From IMG/VR virus record IMGVR_UViG_3300035698_012970, positions 24,152-88,151 of that record: a DNA stretch of 64,000 bases; one strand, 5' to 3'. Made by a program: the position numbers and the translations under genes. Shown here in pieces: positions 47,155 through 57,359 of this stretch (within the stretch, counting starts at the first letter, position 1; every line of letters starts with the position of its first letter). The notes beneath the pieces are model-generated. The model had not been told where the DNA came from. It searched no databases and was given only the letters and a program-made list of their open reading frames with translations. Source of the DNA: a virus.

Positions 47155-48244
47155 TGATCATTCGTGGATGGCAATCCTAAATGATCATTTAAAGTTTCTC
47201 TGATCTTGCCAGCATTGAGAAAACTAGTAAAAATATATGCTTATATTTTAAAATTCAAGTACATTATCGAAGCATTCATTTTCTACACATAATTTCTTTG
47301 CTTCTGTAAATGTGTAGCATCTATCAACATGATCTTGATTTTTGTTATTCTTAAAAACCTCATACTTACCTACAAGTTGTGGGTGTTCTGATTCTTGGAT
47401 AAAACAACCTTTATAAAGCCATTCACCAACTTCTATTTGTTTTGGTTTTTCTTTAGCCATGATCTATAGTTTAGTTTTATTTCTTATAAAATCAAAGATC
47501 GCTAATGTATCACCTCTTGAGTATTCATATTTATGTAGCATCTCAACTGCATCTCCTATGATTGCTCTTTTCTTTCTGTGCTTAAATCTTTCTTTTGTTG
47601 TCCTTATTCTTTTTTCGTGCTCTTTTTCAAGCAATTCTAATGCAATTTTTTTACATCTGACACACTCTATATACTCTAAAGTGATGCCATGCGAATTCCA
47701 CTGGAATTTTTTATCTTTCGAAATATAACAACCACACATTGGCTTACTATAACTATCAACTAAATGAACCTTAGTATCTGTCTTTGTATCTGCGAAATAT
47801 CCTGTTTGCATATCTTTATTTTGTTCGTTTTGAAATAAAATAACCTTTTCTTGATAAAATTTTTATATTATTGACTGCTTCATTAAAATTACAATCAAAT
47901 ACTCTTGCAAATCCATGGGGTGAAATTCTTGAATCAAACAAGCTATTTTTCACAGTTAAAAAAGCAACTTGAATACTATCATTAATTATCACTGTATATC
48001 TTTTCCTACCTTTTTTACTTTTAAGTATTTTCATAACCTTATTTGATATAATTATCTATCGGTTTCTCTAAATCTTTTTTCAATCCTGTTGGTTCTTCTA
48101 TACTATAAACTTGCTGTATAGTATACCCAAACTCATCGACTAACGCCCATAATGGCATCTCGAACTTCTTACCTTTATTCTCAAAGGTAAGTGTGTGTTT
48201 CATTTTTATGATTGTGACTTTCATTGTATTATTATTTTATTTAG

Positions 48245-48276
48245 CTAATATAAGGTTATCTTTCGTAGTAAAAAAA
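48245..48276 (-). promoter_or_regulatory. Early-type promoter
   Basis: TTTTTTTACTACG-N11-TATATTAG. Confidence 0.75.
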
Positions 48277-48287
48277 TAATACTACAT

Positions 48288-48320
48288 AAAAAAGGTTCTT
48301 TAACAAACTAAAGAACCTTC
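48288..48320 (-). terminator. Intrinsic terminator
   Basis: AAGGTTCTTTA-loop-TAAAGAACC-TTTTTT after ORF 48341..48811. Confidence 0.8.
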
Positions 48321-48844
48321 TATTATCGAATTGAATATTATTAGTTATAATATTCATTATATCGATCAATAAAAGTTTCATATGAAAAATCCTCATCCTC
48401 ATAATCCGAATATATTAATTCCCAGATATTCGGATCCCTTTTATATAATTCAAGATTTGTAACATGAGGTGCTAAAACATTAAATACAAAATCATCTAAT
48501 ATTCGTGGATTACTGTCAACCTGAGATTTTTGAAATAGTTTTAGAAATTTTTCCTTCTCAATATCGGAAATCGGAAATTTATCAACTTCTTCTTTTGTGA
48601 AATCTTGATCTAAAACATGAAATTCTTCCTCGTCTCCAACGAACCAACATCTAATCATATAATCAATTGTATTGTCATCATTAGTAAAGTTTTTTACCAT
48701 TTCTGTAAATTCACCTTTAAGTAATGGTATATCAAACCCTACATTTCTCAGATCCTTTACTAAATCGGAATTCTCATCTTCAAAGATTTCATAGCTGTCT
48801 ATATGTTCCATTAACTATTGTTTTTTATATATATATCTTATCTG

Positions 48845-48920
48845 TAGCGAGAGTGGGAATCGAACCCACGACCTCAGCATTATGAGTGCTGCGCTCTTAA
48901 ACCAACTGAGCTACCTCGCC
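48845..48920 (-). tRNA. tRNA-Met(CAT), elongator-type
   Basis: CAGCA-CTCATAA-TGCTG; Ile2 not excluded. Confidence 0.85.
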
Positions 48921-49457
48921 ATCACTTCCATTGGGTTTTTCTATTATGTTTCCAAGTTCGGTACATACGTATTTGGTAACTGTATATCTGTTTTCTAGGA
49001 GGTTTAGCTCCTCTTGTTTTCAATCTAGGATATAGATTGATACACTCATCCCAATATAAGGGAAATTCTATTTTTAACCAGATTTTCTTATATTCCTGGT
49101 TGTTGTTTGCTTTGTTCAGTTTTCCTCTGTATCTATTTATGCTCATAATTTTAGGTTTAGTTTTAACTATACCTAATGAGCGTCAAATTTCTTTTTCATT
49201 TTATTAAGATTTTACTAATTCATTCCACCATTGTATTTTTGGTCTTATATACGATCTATGAAAGTGAACCCTATTAAGAGTAACCAAAAAATATGGGAAA
49301 GCATATTTAGGATTCCCATTATGCTTTTCTTTGTATTCTTCATACAATTTAGAATATGATTTTTCCATAATTAATTTTAAAGATCATTTAGTTTGTAAAT
49401 AGAGATCAAAATCCATGAAATATGATCCACAAAACATGGATTGATGATCTACAAATG

Positions 49458-49533
49458 TTGGAAGAGGGGGACTTGAACCCCCGAAACCTCTACATTATCA
49501 GTGTAGCGCTCTAACCAACTGAGCTACCTTCCA
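49458..49533 (-). tRNA. tRNA-Ile(GAT)
   Basis: CTACA-CTGATAA-TGTAG. Confidence 0.92.
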
Positions 49534-50179
49534 AAGTGTTTATTATATTAGTAATTGATTCTATGATATTATCATCTGGCCATTTTATTCGATAAACTTT
49601 CCATCCTTGTGATTTCAATTTGGAATCTTTTTCTATATCAACTTTTTTTCTTTCTGGTTTATTGTGTTGTTGTCCATCAATTTCAATGACAATCTTATCT
49701 TCATGTAGTGCAAAATCAGCAAAATATTTACCAAATTTCCATTCATATTCATATTCTATACCCAAGCTATCTAACGTTCTAATTGCTATAGATTCTGGAT
49801 AAGACGGCTCTAGTTTTTTTCGAGTTTTCCAACCAAAAGAGACGTCACCATCAGCATGTCTTTTCTTAGCCATTATTGAATTCTTTTCTGCAATTTTTTC
49901 TTTGTAACCTGGTGTTTTCCATTTCAATTCAGCCGAACATGATCTAGAGCAAGTTTTCTGATTTTTTTTTCTCCATTTTACTTCAAACTCTTCCTTACAG
50001 TTCTGACAAATTAACTTTATTTTACCAGGTCCTTTATTAAACAACGTATCGGATACTTTCTTATTGAGATCTTCTCGATTTACTTTAGTAGCAAACCCTC
50101 TAGCGCATTTTATAGAACAAAATCTTCCGGAACCATAAGATCCATCATGTTTAACCCCGCAATTTTCACAAATCATCAT
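49511..50179 (-). CDS. DUF559/Vsr-like homing endonuclease with MICENC N-terminal module
   Basis: YFADF...IVIEIDGQQH...D..L...GWKVYRI; the stop codon lies inside tRNA-Ile. Confidence 0.85.
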   Translation of the reverse strand: MMICENCGVKHDGSYGSGRFCSIKCARGFATKVNREDLNKKVSDTLFNKGPGKIKLICQNCKEEFEVKWRKKNQKTCSRSCSAELKWKTPGYKEKIAEKNSIMAKKRHADGDVSFGWKTRKKLEPSYPESIAIRTLDSLGIEYEYEWKFGKYFADFALHEDKIVIEIDGQQHNKPERKKVDIEKDSKLKSQGWKVYRIKWPDDNIIESITNIINTLEGSSVG

Positions 50180-50232
50180 ATTTTAGATACTTTCTTCTAT
50201 ATATCATTTGAACCTGTGACTTTTTAGTTATG

Positions 50233-50309
50233 TCGGCAAAGAGGGATTTGAACCCCCGTGTGACCAGCTAACCTTTCTACCGGATATCAGCCGGAGGGTA
50301 TACTTGCCG
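50233..50309 (-). ncRNA. D-armless tRNA-like RNA with GAT loop
   Basis: Acceptor CGGCAAG/TTTGCCG, CCGG-CTGATAT-CCGG, T-arm GGGGG-TTCAAAT-CCCTC. Confidence 0.65.
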
Positions 50310-50310
50310 A

Positions 50311-50372
50311 TGGTCCAGGGGATTTGATGCTGTCAAACTATCAAACTCTAAGGAGTGACGTTATCGCCCCGG
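50311..50372 (-). ncRNA. Short CCA-ending RNA with G3.U70/A73 acceptor-like stem
   Basis: CCGGGG...CCCTGG-A-CCA. Confidence 0.45.
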
Positions 50373-50441
50373 ATGTTTTCTTTGTGCTTTTGTCGATGTT
50401 GGGGCACTGCCAAAACAGTAAAAACCTTACTATAACCCATG

Positions 50442-50529
50442 CTCTTGGGGTAGGATTCGAACCTACGATGGAACTTTCGCTCACCGGATTAACAGTCCGG
50501 ACCGTTCGGCCAACTACGGCAACCCAAGA
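50442..50529 (-). tRNA. tRNA-Asn(GTT) with long variable arm
   Basis: CCGGA-CTGTTAA-TCCGG; G73. Confidence 0.85.
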
Positions 50530-50541
50530 ATTTTATTTTAG

Positions 50542-50614
50542 CGCTCATAGAGGGATTCGAACCCCCAACCCTTACGTTAACAGCGTAGCGCTCTACCATT
50601 GGAGCTATATGAGC
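50542..50614 (-). tRNA. tRNA-Asn(GTT)
   Basis: TACG-CTGTTAA-CGTA. Confidence 0.9.
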
Positions 50615-51291
50615 TAGTGTATAAACTTATATGCTTCTTGTATCCAATATTTCGGATTATTAAACATATCTTTCCATTTTATTCTCAAAATTTGCCAACC
50701 TTCTTCTATTAAAGATTGGTCTTTTCTTTTGTCTCGTTCAATATACTCTTCGAATCTTTGATGCTGTTCCCCATCAATCTCTATAGCTTTCTTTTTGTTA
50801 ACCCAAGCAAAATCTATAGCATATATTGAAACTGGATATTCAGTTTCGTACTCTTTATCCAGGAAATTATTTTCTATTACTCTTTCAAAAAATTCTTCTG
50901 GGTATGATTTTTCGTTATTCCACCTACTTTTACCTATATTCCAAGCCCTTCCATCTTTATGAGCTTTTTCCATTGATTCGCTAATCAAACTTTTACTAAA
51001 TTCACTATGTTTTCTCCCAATTCCAGATTTAGCAATTTTTGCTAGCCTTTCTTCTCTCTTTGGGTTCATCTTACATAACGTCTTATGTCCTCCTAGTTTC
51101 CACCCATTACTAAATTCATTTCCACAGTATTCACAAATCCAAGGACCTTCAGACTTTTTCCTAATCCTCTTTGATTTACCTTTACTTCTACCTTTCTTAT
51201 AACTTTCTCCTCTGTTGTGTGATGATACATGACCACCTAAAGATTCTTTCTTATCAAACTTTTTACCACAAATTTTACATTGATGTTTCAT
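50614..51291 (-). CDS. C2H2 zinc-finger plus DUF559-like homing endonuclease
   Basis: CKICGKKF...LGGH; YAIDFA...AIEIDGEQH...GWQILRI. Confidence 0.85.
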   Translation of the reverse strand: MKHQCKICGKKFDKKESLGGHVSSHNRGESYKKGRSKGKSKRIRKKSEGPWICEYCGNEFSNGWKLGGHKTLCKMNPKREERLAKIAKSGIGRKHSEFSKSLISESMEKAHKDGRAWNIGKSRWNNEKSYPEEFFERVIENNFLDKEYETEYPVSIYAIDFAWVNKKKAIEIDGEQHQRFEEYIERDKRKDQSLIEEGWQILRIKWKDMFNNPKYWIQEAYKFIH

Positions 51292-51360
51292 ATGTTATAT
51301 ATCACCTCAATGTCGCGAAACCAGCGAACTGTGTGAATAAAGTACGAAAATGCGTCATTG

Positions 51361-51434
51361 CACGCCTGGTAGGATTCGAACCCACGACACCTGGTGTTGG
51401 AGACCAGTGCTCTAGCCAGCTGAGCTACAGACGT
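51361..51434 (-). tRNA. tRNA-Trp(CCA)
   Basis: CTGGT-CTCCAAC-ACCAG. Confidence 0.92.
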
Positions 51435-51533
51435 GTATATTTTCCGATTCACCGATTACCCCAATTACGGTGTCTACCGGCTTCATCGCCGGAATGCTAT
51501 TTTTGCTCGAGGATTACATTAAATCGGGAGCAG

Positions 51534-51607
51534 CAACTATGACCGGACTCGAACCGGCGACCTCCTGGGTGACAGCCAGGGATTCTAACCAACTGAACTA
51601 CATAGTT
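51534..51607 (-). tRNA. tRNA-Asp(GTC)
   Basis: CCTGG-CTGTCAC-CCAGG. Confidence 0.92.
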
Positions 51608-51819
51608 GTATATTTTATAATGTAGAAATTAATTCTTGATAACTATAATAGGATCTCCATTTATGATTGCTTGTGGATTTTCTATGTGTTTATTAAGAAA
51701 ATATAAATTATTTTTATTATAGCAATTATCTATAGAAAAAATGTATTTTTCCCCTATCTTATTTATTCTATATATCTAACTCGAACTTGGATTTTATCAA
51801 ATCTCTCGTTTAAAACTAG

Positions 51820-52094
51820 TACCCCCGGAGAGACTCGAACTCTCAACCTACGGCTTAGCTTACCAGCTACAGTTTTCACTGCCACATATGTGTTTGTGGT
51901 CTGGACTATCCCTTCATCATATTAATTTAACTTAGATGACCGCCGTCTAGTCTCTACACCTTCCTATCGCTAGGCTTGGCTCGGGATTACCATTTTAAAG
52001 GCTTCCCCGAATTTGACGGTTTACATTTTATAAATTTCTCTATAAAAGCTCCTATTCGAAGGCCGTTGCTCTTAATCCATTGAGCTACAGGAGC
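51820..52094 (-). tRNA. tRNA-Arg(TCT) interrupted by a group I intron
   Basis: Exons join as ACGGC-CTT|CTAA-GCCGT. Confidence 0.88.
51859..52058 (-). mobile_element. Group I intron (200 nt, no ORF)
   Basis: P AATTCGGGGAA, Q AATCCCGAGC, R TAGAGACTAGA, S AAGGGATAGTCC; follows a U and ends in G. Confidence 0.9.
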
Positions 52095-52099
52095 AAATT

Positions 52100-52118
52100 A
52101 CCAACATGTCAAAGAACT
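52100..52118 (-). promoter_or_regulatory. boxA-like antitermination motif
   Basis: AGTTCTTTGACATGTTGGT, identical to 61642-61660. Confidence 0.75.
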
Positions 52119-52160
52119 TGTCAATTTTTGTTTTGGTTGACATTCCAAAAGTTTACTTAT

Positions 52161-52192
52161 AAAAAAATAGGTTCCATTTCTGAAACCTATTT
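52161..52192 (-). terminator. Attenuator terminator of tRNA operon 2
   Basis: AATAGGTTTC-AGAAAT-GGAACCTA-TTTTTTT. Confidence 0.85.
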
Positions 52193-52217
52193 GTATATTA
52201 TCGTTACTGTTTTAAAG

Positions 52218-52304
52218 TCACGTTTGATGCAATAGGTTACATGGATTCATATCCCAGATAAAATCTGATCTAAAATTATTAATATTTCTTCCTTGTTCTA
52301 ACAT
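52218..52304 (-). CDS. Leader peptide 2 (MLEQGRNINNFRSDFIWDMNPCNLLHQT)
   Basis: 28-codon ORF between promoter and terminator; core rich in Arg/Asn/Ile/Asp/Trp/Met. Confidence 0.8.
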   Translation of the reverse strand: MLEQGRNINNFRSDFIWDMNPCNLLHQT

Positions 52305-52324
52305 TGTACTTTAAATTTGTTACC

Positions 52325-52413
52325 TTATATATACTTTTAAATTTCAAAAAGTTTCGTTTTTTGTATTTTATTTTGATAATGTAAGAATATATCTTTTATA
52401 CGTAATAAAAAAA
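52325..52413 (-). promoter_or_regulatory. Stacked promoters of tRNA operon 2
   Basis: Early-type motif at 52382-52413, GAAAC at 52351-52355, GTATATATA at 52326-52334. Confidence 0.7.
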
Positions 52414-52434
52414 TGAAATATGATTTATTTTTTA

Positions 52435-52800
52435 TTACTTACGCATTTTTTCAAGTTCCTTAATAGACTTTCCTTTTAATACTTCACCTTGTTTTTCAGC
52501 AATCAATTCATCAATATGATTGTTATGACGCTTTATCTCAGAAGCATTTGATAACTTCTCAGCCTCATCTACTTTACTGTTAAGTATGTCAAGAACTATA
52601 TCAAATCTTAGCTTCAAGTCTGCATCTTTTTTAGATTTTTTAACTAAGAAAGATTTCCGTCCACTTACTTCATACTCAGCTTCAAGACTTATTGCTAATA
52701 CATCTAAATCAGCTTGGGATAAGTCCCATAATTGTTCTACGGAAAGGTTACCTCTGTTTGTTGTAATTCTTAATTTTTGTTTACTTGCTTTTTTGTACAT
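52435..52800 (-). CDS. Conserved phage hypothetical protein
   Basis: LRITTNRGNLSVEQLWDL motif; partner of the upstream 708-aa gene. Confidence 0.7.
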   Translation of the reverse strand: MYKKASKQKLRITTNRGNLSVEQLWDLSQADLDVLAISLEAEYEVSGRKSFLVKKSKKDADLKLRFDIVLDILNSKVDEAEKLSNASEIKRHNNHIDELIAEKQGEVLKGKSIKELEKMRK

Positions 52801-52818
52801 AATATTATTTTTTAATGT

Positions 52819-54945
52819 TTAAAATTTAATCTTTACTACTCTCTTAAAATTACCTGTAAGCTTAACTATTACCTCGTCACGTACAGTCGAATTGAAACCC
52901 AATCCTGTTAATTGCTTATCTACAGGTTCCAGCATAGAACTATTTCCTAGTACTTCCATTACCTTTTTATGTTTCAATAAATCTTGTATTAGATTCTCAT
53001 TATGGAAACCCCTTATTTTGTTTGGAGTTTTACAATTATCAAGCATAAACATATAATGCTTATTACCAACCTGATTCTCACCCCAATGATTTGGTGAAAG
53101 ACACATAAGATTTACTTTGTGGAATTGGTTAGTTTCAAGTCCATATATCTCTTTAGATGATGCAGTTTCCGGTAATTTATGATTGATTGAAAACTCACCA
53201 TTCTTTAGTGTTACTTCTGCTATTGGAACATTTCCTTTTACCGCATTGTTATATTCATATGAATATAATTCACCACCAAATTCAATTTCAGCTCTAAATC
53301 CTTTAGAACCACGGGAAGCAAATTGGTTTATCCAAAACTTATATACACCATCTGGCATTCTAGATAAAGTACCCCATGTGATGTTTTCCACAATATCTCT
53401 ATTATTGAATCTATTTGGAGTTGTGATATCAACATCTAAATTACCTAATGTGTTAGGATCACGTTTATTTGAATATCCTATAGATTTACAGTTTGGTTGC
53501 ATACACCAAGCATCCAAATCTGAATTATCGCTAGGATCATTCTCTCCCCACATTATACTAAACCTAAGTACTCCATCGACTTTTCCACCCTTGGTTTTAA
53601 CTGCTTCCTTAATCTGGCTTTTACCAGCTAGGTTACCATTAAACGTCCACGAGTAATTGTTATTCCATTTAAAAATAGGTTTACTTTCCCCATTTTTAGT
53701 GGTTGTCATTGTAACCAGGTTATTTTCGTGAGAGTTCTTTAACAATACCTCTATTGAACTACATCCTGGTAAAATATCTTTCATGAACTTATCAATTTGA
53801 ACTTCCTCAACATTATCAAATTCATTTCTTTTATGGCGTGATTTAGAGGATTTAACATTGTCAAATATAGATACTTTTTTAACCTCACCATCCCCGACAT
53901 TACTATGTAAAATTTCAGATACCTTAATGTCATCAATCGTAGCAAACCTTCTATCAAATGATTCAAGGAAATTGTTATCCTCGACGAATTTTTGTGCCTC
54001 TTCTATTTGTCTCTTAGTAATAGGAGCAACTGCTTTATGATAATTTGCAGGATCTACTCGTTTGTTCCAACTAAGACAAGCTTTATTAAGTTCTTCTCCT
54101 TCTGCTAACTCTGTGCATAGTACACCAATAAGATTGTTCTTAAACTTAGCAATAGTTTCTGGCATTTCATAGGTAGATACCCAAAGCCAATTATCTCTTT
54201 TGGCATTAGTTAGTAAAGTATATTCTTTCTTTGATTTGATTGCAGCATCAACGGAATGTAAATGTGATGTTCCATTAAGTAAGCTATCTTGATTAATAAG
54301 ATCTTTTACTAATTCCAAAGTATCTAATGGTATTTCGACCATAGCTCTTTGGAATACGTTTTTCTTATCCCTATAATCAGCCATAATAGCTTCAACTGAT
54401 CTTCCAGAATTACTTACAAATTTCTTTGGTAAATCTAAATGGAAATGGTCAAAAGTTCTTATCTCGTTTGGTTTTACTACTCCATATAATTCTGCTTCGT
54501 CTTTAGTATACCTTTTAACGTTTCTTGCTGTTCCAAGTCTAAACACTTTGTTATTCTTAGTACAAGATTCATAAGGTAAACTGTTTAACTCATTATATGT
54601 TTCAAAAAATACTTCTTTTATCTTAGAAGTTTTGATTCCGATAGAAAGAGCTTTTGCTGAATCCATATACTCTATATCAGTTTCAACATCAAATAATGAA
54701 ATAGTATTGTAATCGGAATCGATTGCTACTATATTACCATATCTCCTGATGAAATTTTTACAGTGATTACAATTATGAGTACTGCTTTCTGGGTCTCTAA
54801 AAATTGGGTTATTTTCTTTACTGAATGAAGAAATGTATAAATCCCACACTTCCCTACCTGTCAGTTCTACTCTGAATAGTTTACCTGTTTTTAACATTTT
54901 AGTAAACTGTTTTTGTATTACATCATTAAATTTTGATATTCCCAT
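52819..54945 (-). CDS. Large conserved phage protein (CxxC; YfaP-like DLDAW...LDVD segment)
   Basis: 708-aa ORF downstream of an early-type promoter. Confidence 0.7.
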   Translation of the reverse strand: MGISKFNDVIQKQFTKMLKTGKLFRVELTGREVWDLYISSFSKENNPIFRDPESSTHNCNHCKNFIRRYGNIVAIDSDYNTISLFDVETDIEYMDSAKALSIGIKTSKIKEVFFETYNELNSLPYESCTKNNKVFRLGTARNVKRYTKDEAELYGVVKPNEIRTFDHFHLDLPKKFVSNSGRSVEAIMADYRDKKNVFQRAMVEIPLDTLELVKDLINQDSLLNGTSHLHSVDAAIKSKKEYTLLTNAKRDNWLWVSTYEMPETIAKFKNNLIGVLCTELAEGEELNKACLSWNKRVDPANYHKAVAPITKRQIEEAQKFVEDNNFLESFDRRFATIDDIKVSEILHSNVGDGEVKKVSIFDNVKSSKSRHKRNEFDNVEEVQIDKFMKDILPGCSSIEVLLKNSHENNLVTMTTTKNGESKPIFKWNNNYSWTFNGNLAGKSQIKEAVKTKGGKVDGVLRFSIMWGENDPSDNSDLDAWCMQPNCKSIGYSNKRDPNTLGNLDVDITTPNRFNNRDIVENITWGTLSRMPDGVYKFWINQFASRGSKGFRAEIEFGGELYSYEYNNAVKGNVPIAEVTLKNGEFSINHKLPETASSKEIYGLETNQFHKVNLMCLSPNHWGENQVGNKHYMFMLDNCKTPNKIRGFHNENLIQDLLKHKKVMEVLGNSSMLEPVDKQLTGLGFNSTVRDEVIVKLTGNFKRVVKIKF

Positions 54946-54977
54946 TTGAAATTATTTAAGATTAACTTATTAGAATG

Positions 54978-55009
54978 CAAATATAGATTTAATATACGGG
55001 ATAAAAAAA
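54978..55009 (-). promoter_or_regulatory. Early-type promoter
   Basis: TTTTTTTATCCCG-N11-TATATTTG. Confidence 0.8.
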
Positions 55010-56028
55010 TGAAATGTGATTTTATTATGAATACCTTTCTATAAAAGCCTCAAATGAATCGTAATATCTTTCCCAGTTATTGGTGTCATATGTACCCCAA
55101 TCAGGATCTACGTTACATGGACTCCATCCGCTTTGTCTGATTCTTCCATCTTCTAGTTTTTGTGTACTAAAACCAGAAAAATCACCATATCCAGAAAGCT
55201 TAATATTCTTTCTCTCGATAAGCCATTCTTCAGTTTTAGTAAATGGTATAGATTTAGGAATTGTTCTTCCTCCTTCCGGTTCTCTGTACGCATCCGGAGG
55301 TTGTCCACTATCTAATTCTGACATAATTACTCCTTTCTATTTTTATGTGAATCCCTAGCTTTAACTATCATATCAACTACATCATCTACCCTAAATATAT
55401 CCCAAGTAATTTTATTATGAATCATTTTAAATCCGCATTTAGAATCTGCTACTTCAGGATTTGGTATACTACCAATAAGTTCTATATCATGGGAATTAAG
55501 TTTATTTACTATCTTTGCATATTTATTGAAACTTTCAAGAAAAGTTGAATTGTCAGTGAGCCTTTCTGAAACGCTATCGTAATTATCCAATGACATAATT
55601 ACTCTCCTACCTTTCCTATAAAATCAAGTACAGATCTAATGTTTCTTTGTTGGTTAGAAAGTTCTTCGATGTCCATTTTATACTCAGAAACAACTTTTTG
55701 TATAGCATTATACTCCTCTTTACGATTATGAAGTTCTTCATTACTATCTGACATTTCCATAAATGCAGCCTTTCTTGCAGTGTCGTTTGAATATAATTTT
55801 TTCCCATTCTCTCCAATCTCAGCATCAATCTCAGATTTAATTACTGATTCTAATGCTTGGGTCTTGTTTAAAACCTCTTGTGCTTGCTCACTATAATTAA
55901 GTAACTCTAGTTGTAAATTTTTAACTTCTTCTGGCATACGTAATAACTCGTCTGCCAATTCTCTAAATTTTTCCATTCTTTAATTTATTGGTTTAAAGTT
56001 CTTATAGAGGGCAGATGACGAATTGTTT

Positions 56029-56748
56029 CTAAAGTCTATTTGCTAATTCAATTCTTAGTTCGTCTGTGATTTTATTAAGTTCTTCTCCATCTATCGATGA
56101 AAAAATACCATTTTCATGTATCCTATAAATCCCTCCAGGAAAATCTAGATATTTTATTGGTCCATATTTAGAGATCTTGAAGTTCATGCACCAATCAAAA
56201 TATAATTTATCCATCATCCACTCTTCTATAATACCATCCATGTTTCTGAAAACTCTACCATATGTAGCCCAATTACTATTTAATAGATCCTGTTGTGTTA
56301 TATCATTATCTATAAATTTATTAGGTAAGCAAAGCCAACTATACGAAGAATCTGGGTTGTACATACCATTGAGCTTTTTCATCCAATGCCCAGTAAATGT
56401 CATGGAATAACTAGGATTTGTATCTAAAAAATCTACTTGTTTCTGTAGTTTATATGGATCTAACCAATAATCATCACCATCTAAATATGCTATGTATTCA
56501 CCATTTGCCCTTTCTGTAAGGAACTTTATGTTTTTATTAGCACCAAGATTTTTATCATGTTTAAAAACTTTTAGATCTTTATAGATGTGTGCAACCCTTT
56601 CTATGTTATCAACTGACCGATCGGTTGATGAGTCATCACCTATTAGTATTTCAATTTCGAAATTTGTTTTCTGTCCTATTGCAGATAATATTGATTGTTC
56701 AATATAGGTTTCGAAATTATAACATGGTATAATTACACTAACTTTCAT
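56029..56748 (-). CDS. Glycosyltransferase family 2
   Basis: VSVIIPCYN, GDDSSTD, YLDGDDYW. Confidence 0.92.
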   Translation of the reverse strand: MKVSVIIPCYNFETYIEQSILSAIGQKTNFEIEILIGDDSSTDRSVDNIERVAHIYKDLKVFKHDKNLGANKNIKFLTERANGEYIAYLDGDDYWLDPYKLQKQVDFLDTNPSYSMTFTGHWMKKLNGMYNPDSSYSWLCLPNKFIDNDITQQDLLNSNWATYGRVFRNMDGIIEEWMMDKLYFDWCMNFKISKYGPIKYLDFPGGIYRIHENGIFSSIDGEELNKITDELRIELANRL

Positions 56749-57359
56749 ATTTCTTCTATTCTTGTTATCTTAGCAAAAATATTACCAATAATTTTAGGTG
56801 GTGTACCTACATATGTTCCTCCTGGGATCATTAAATGCCTAATTACTCCGGAATTCATACCAATTGTAACATCTCTAGTTATTTCTATTTTTTCTTTTAT
56901 GTTTGCCGCACTTCCTAGATAAACTCTATCTCCAATATTTACATTTCCTCCAACTATTGCTCCCGGCATTGCGCTAAAAAAATCACCTATTCTGCAATCA
57001 TGTCCTATTTGGTTTGCTCTATTTAAAATAGCATGTTTTCCTATCTGAATATTTGTTGTTAATATTGAATATGCTCCGATAAAAGAACCTTCACCTATTT
57101 CTATATTATCCATTAATAATGATGTGGAGTGAACGAAAGTAAAAAATTTAATATCTTTCGGTAACCTTTTGGTAATTTCACTTCTTTTTTGAGGATCTGC
57201 AATTGCTACCATTACCTCATATTTTTTATGATCTAATTCTGAAATTGGTTTAGTGTGTTCATTAACATATTCATCATCAACAAAGAATGTAACGGGTGTA
57301 CCCATTTGAGCTGCTACTTCTCTAGCATGCCCACCATAACCAATTATTGCTTTTTTCAT
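56745..57359 (-). CDS. Sugar acetyltransferase (PglD/NeuD-like)
   Basis: IIGYGGHAREV, hexapeptide repeats, IGHDC, YVGTP. Confidence 0.9.
   Translation of the reverse strand: MKKAIIGYGGHAREVAAQMGTPVTFFVDDEYVNEHTKPISELDHKKYEVMVAIADPQKRSEITKRLPKDIKFFTFVHSTSLLMDNIEIGEGSFIGAYSILTTNIQIGKHAILNRANQIGHDCRIGDFFSAMPGAIVGGNVNIGDRVYLGSAANIKEKIEITRDVTIGMNSGVIRHLMIPGGTYVGTPPKIIGNIFAKITRIEEI

Noticed and set aside
46950-47174. 74-aa ORF
   Set aside because: It has a non-ATG start and coincides with a stem-closed structured block; an ncRNA is more likely.
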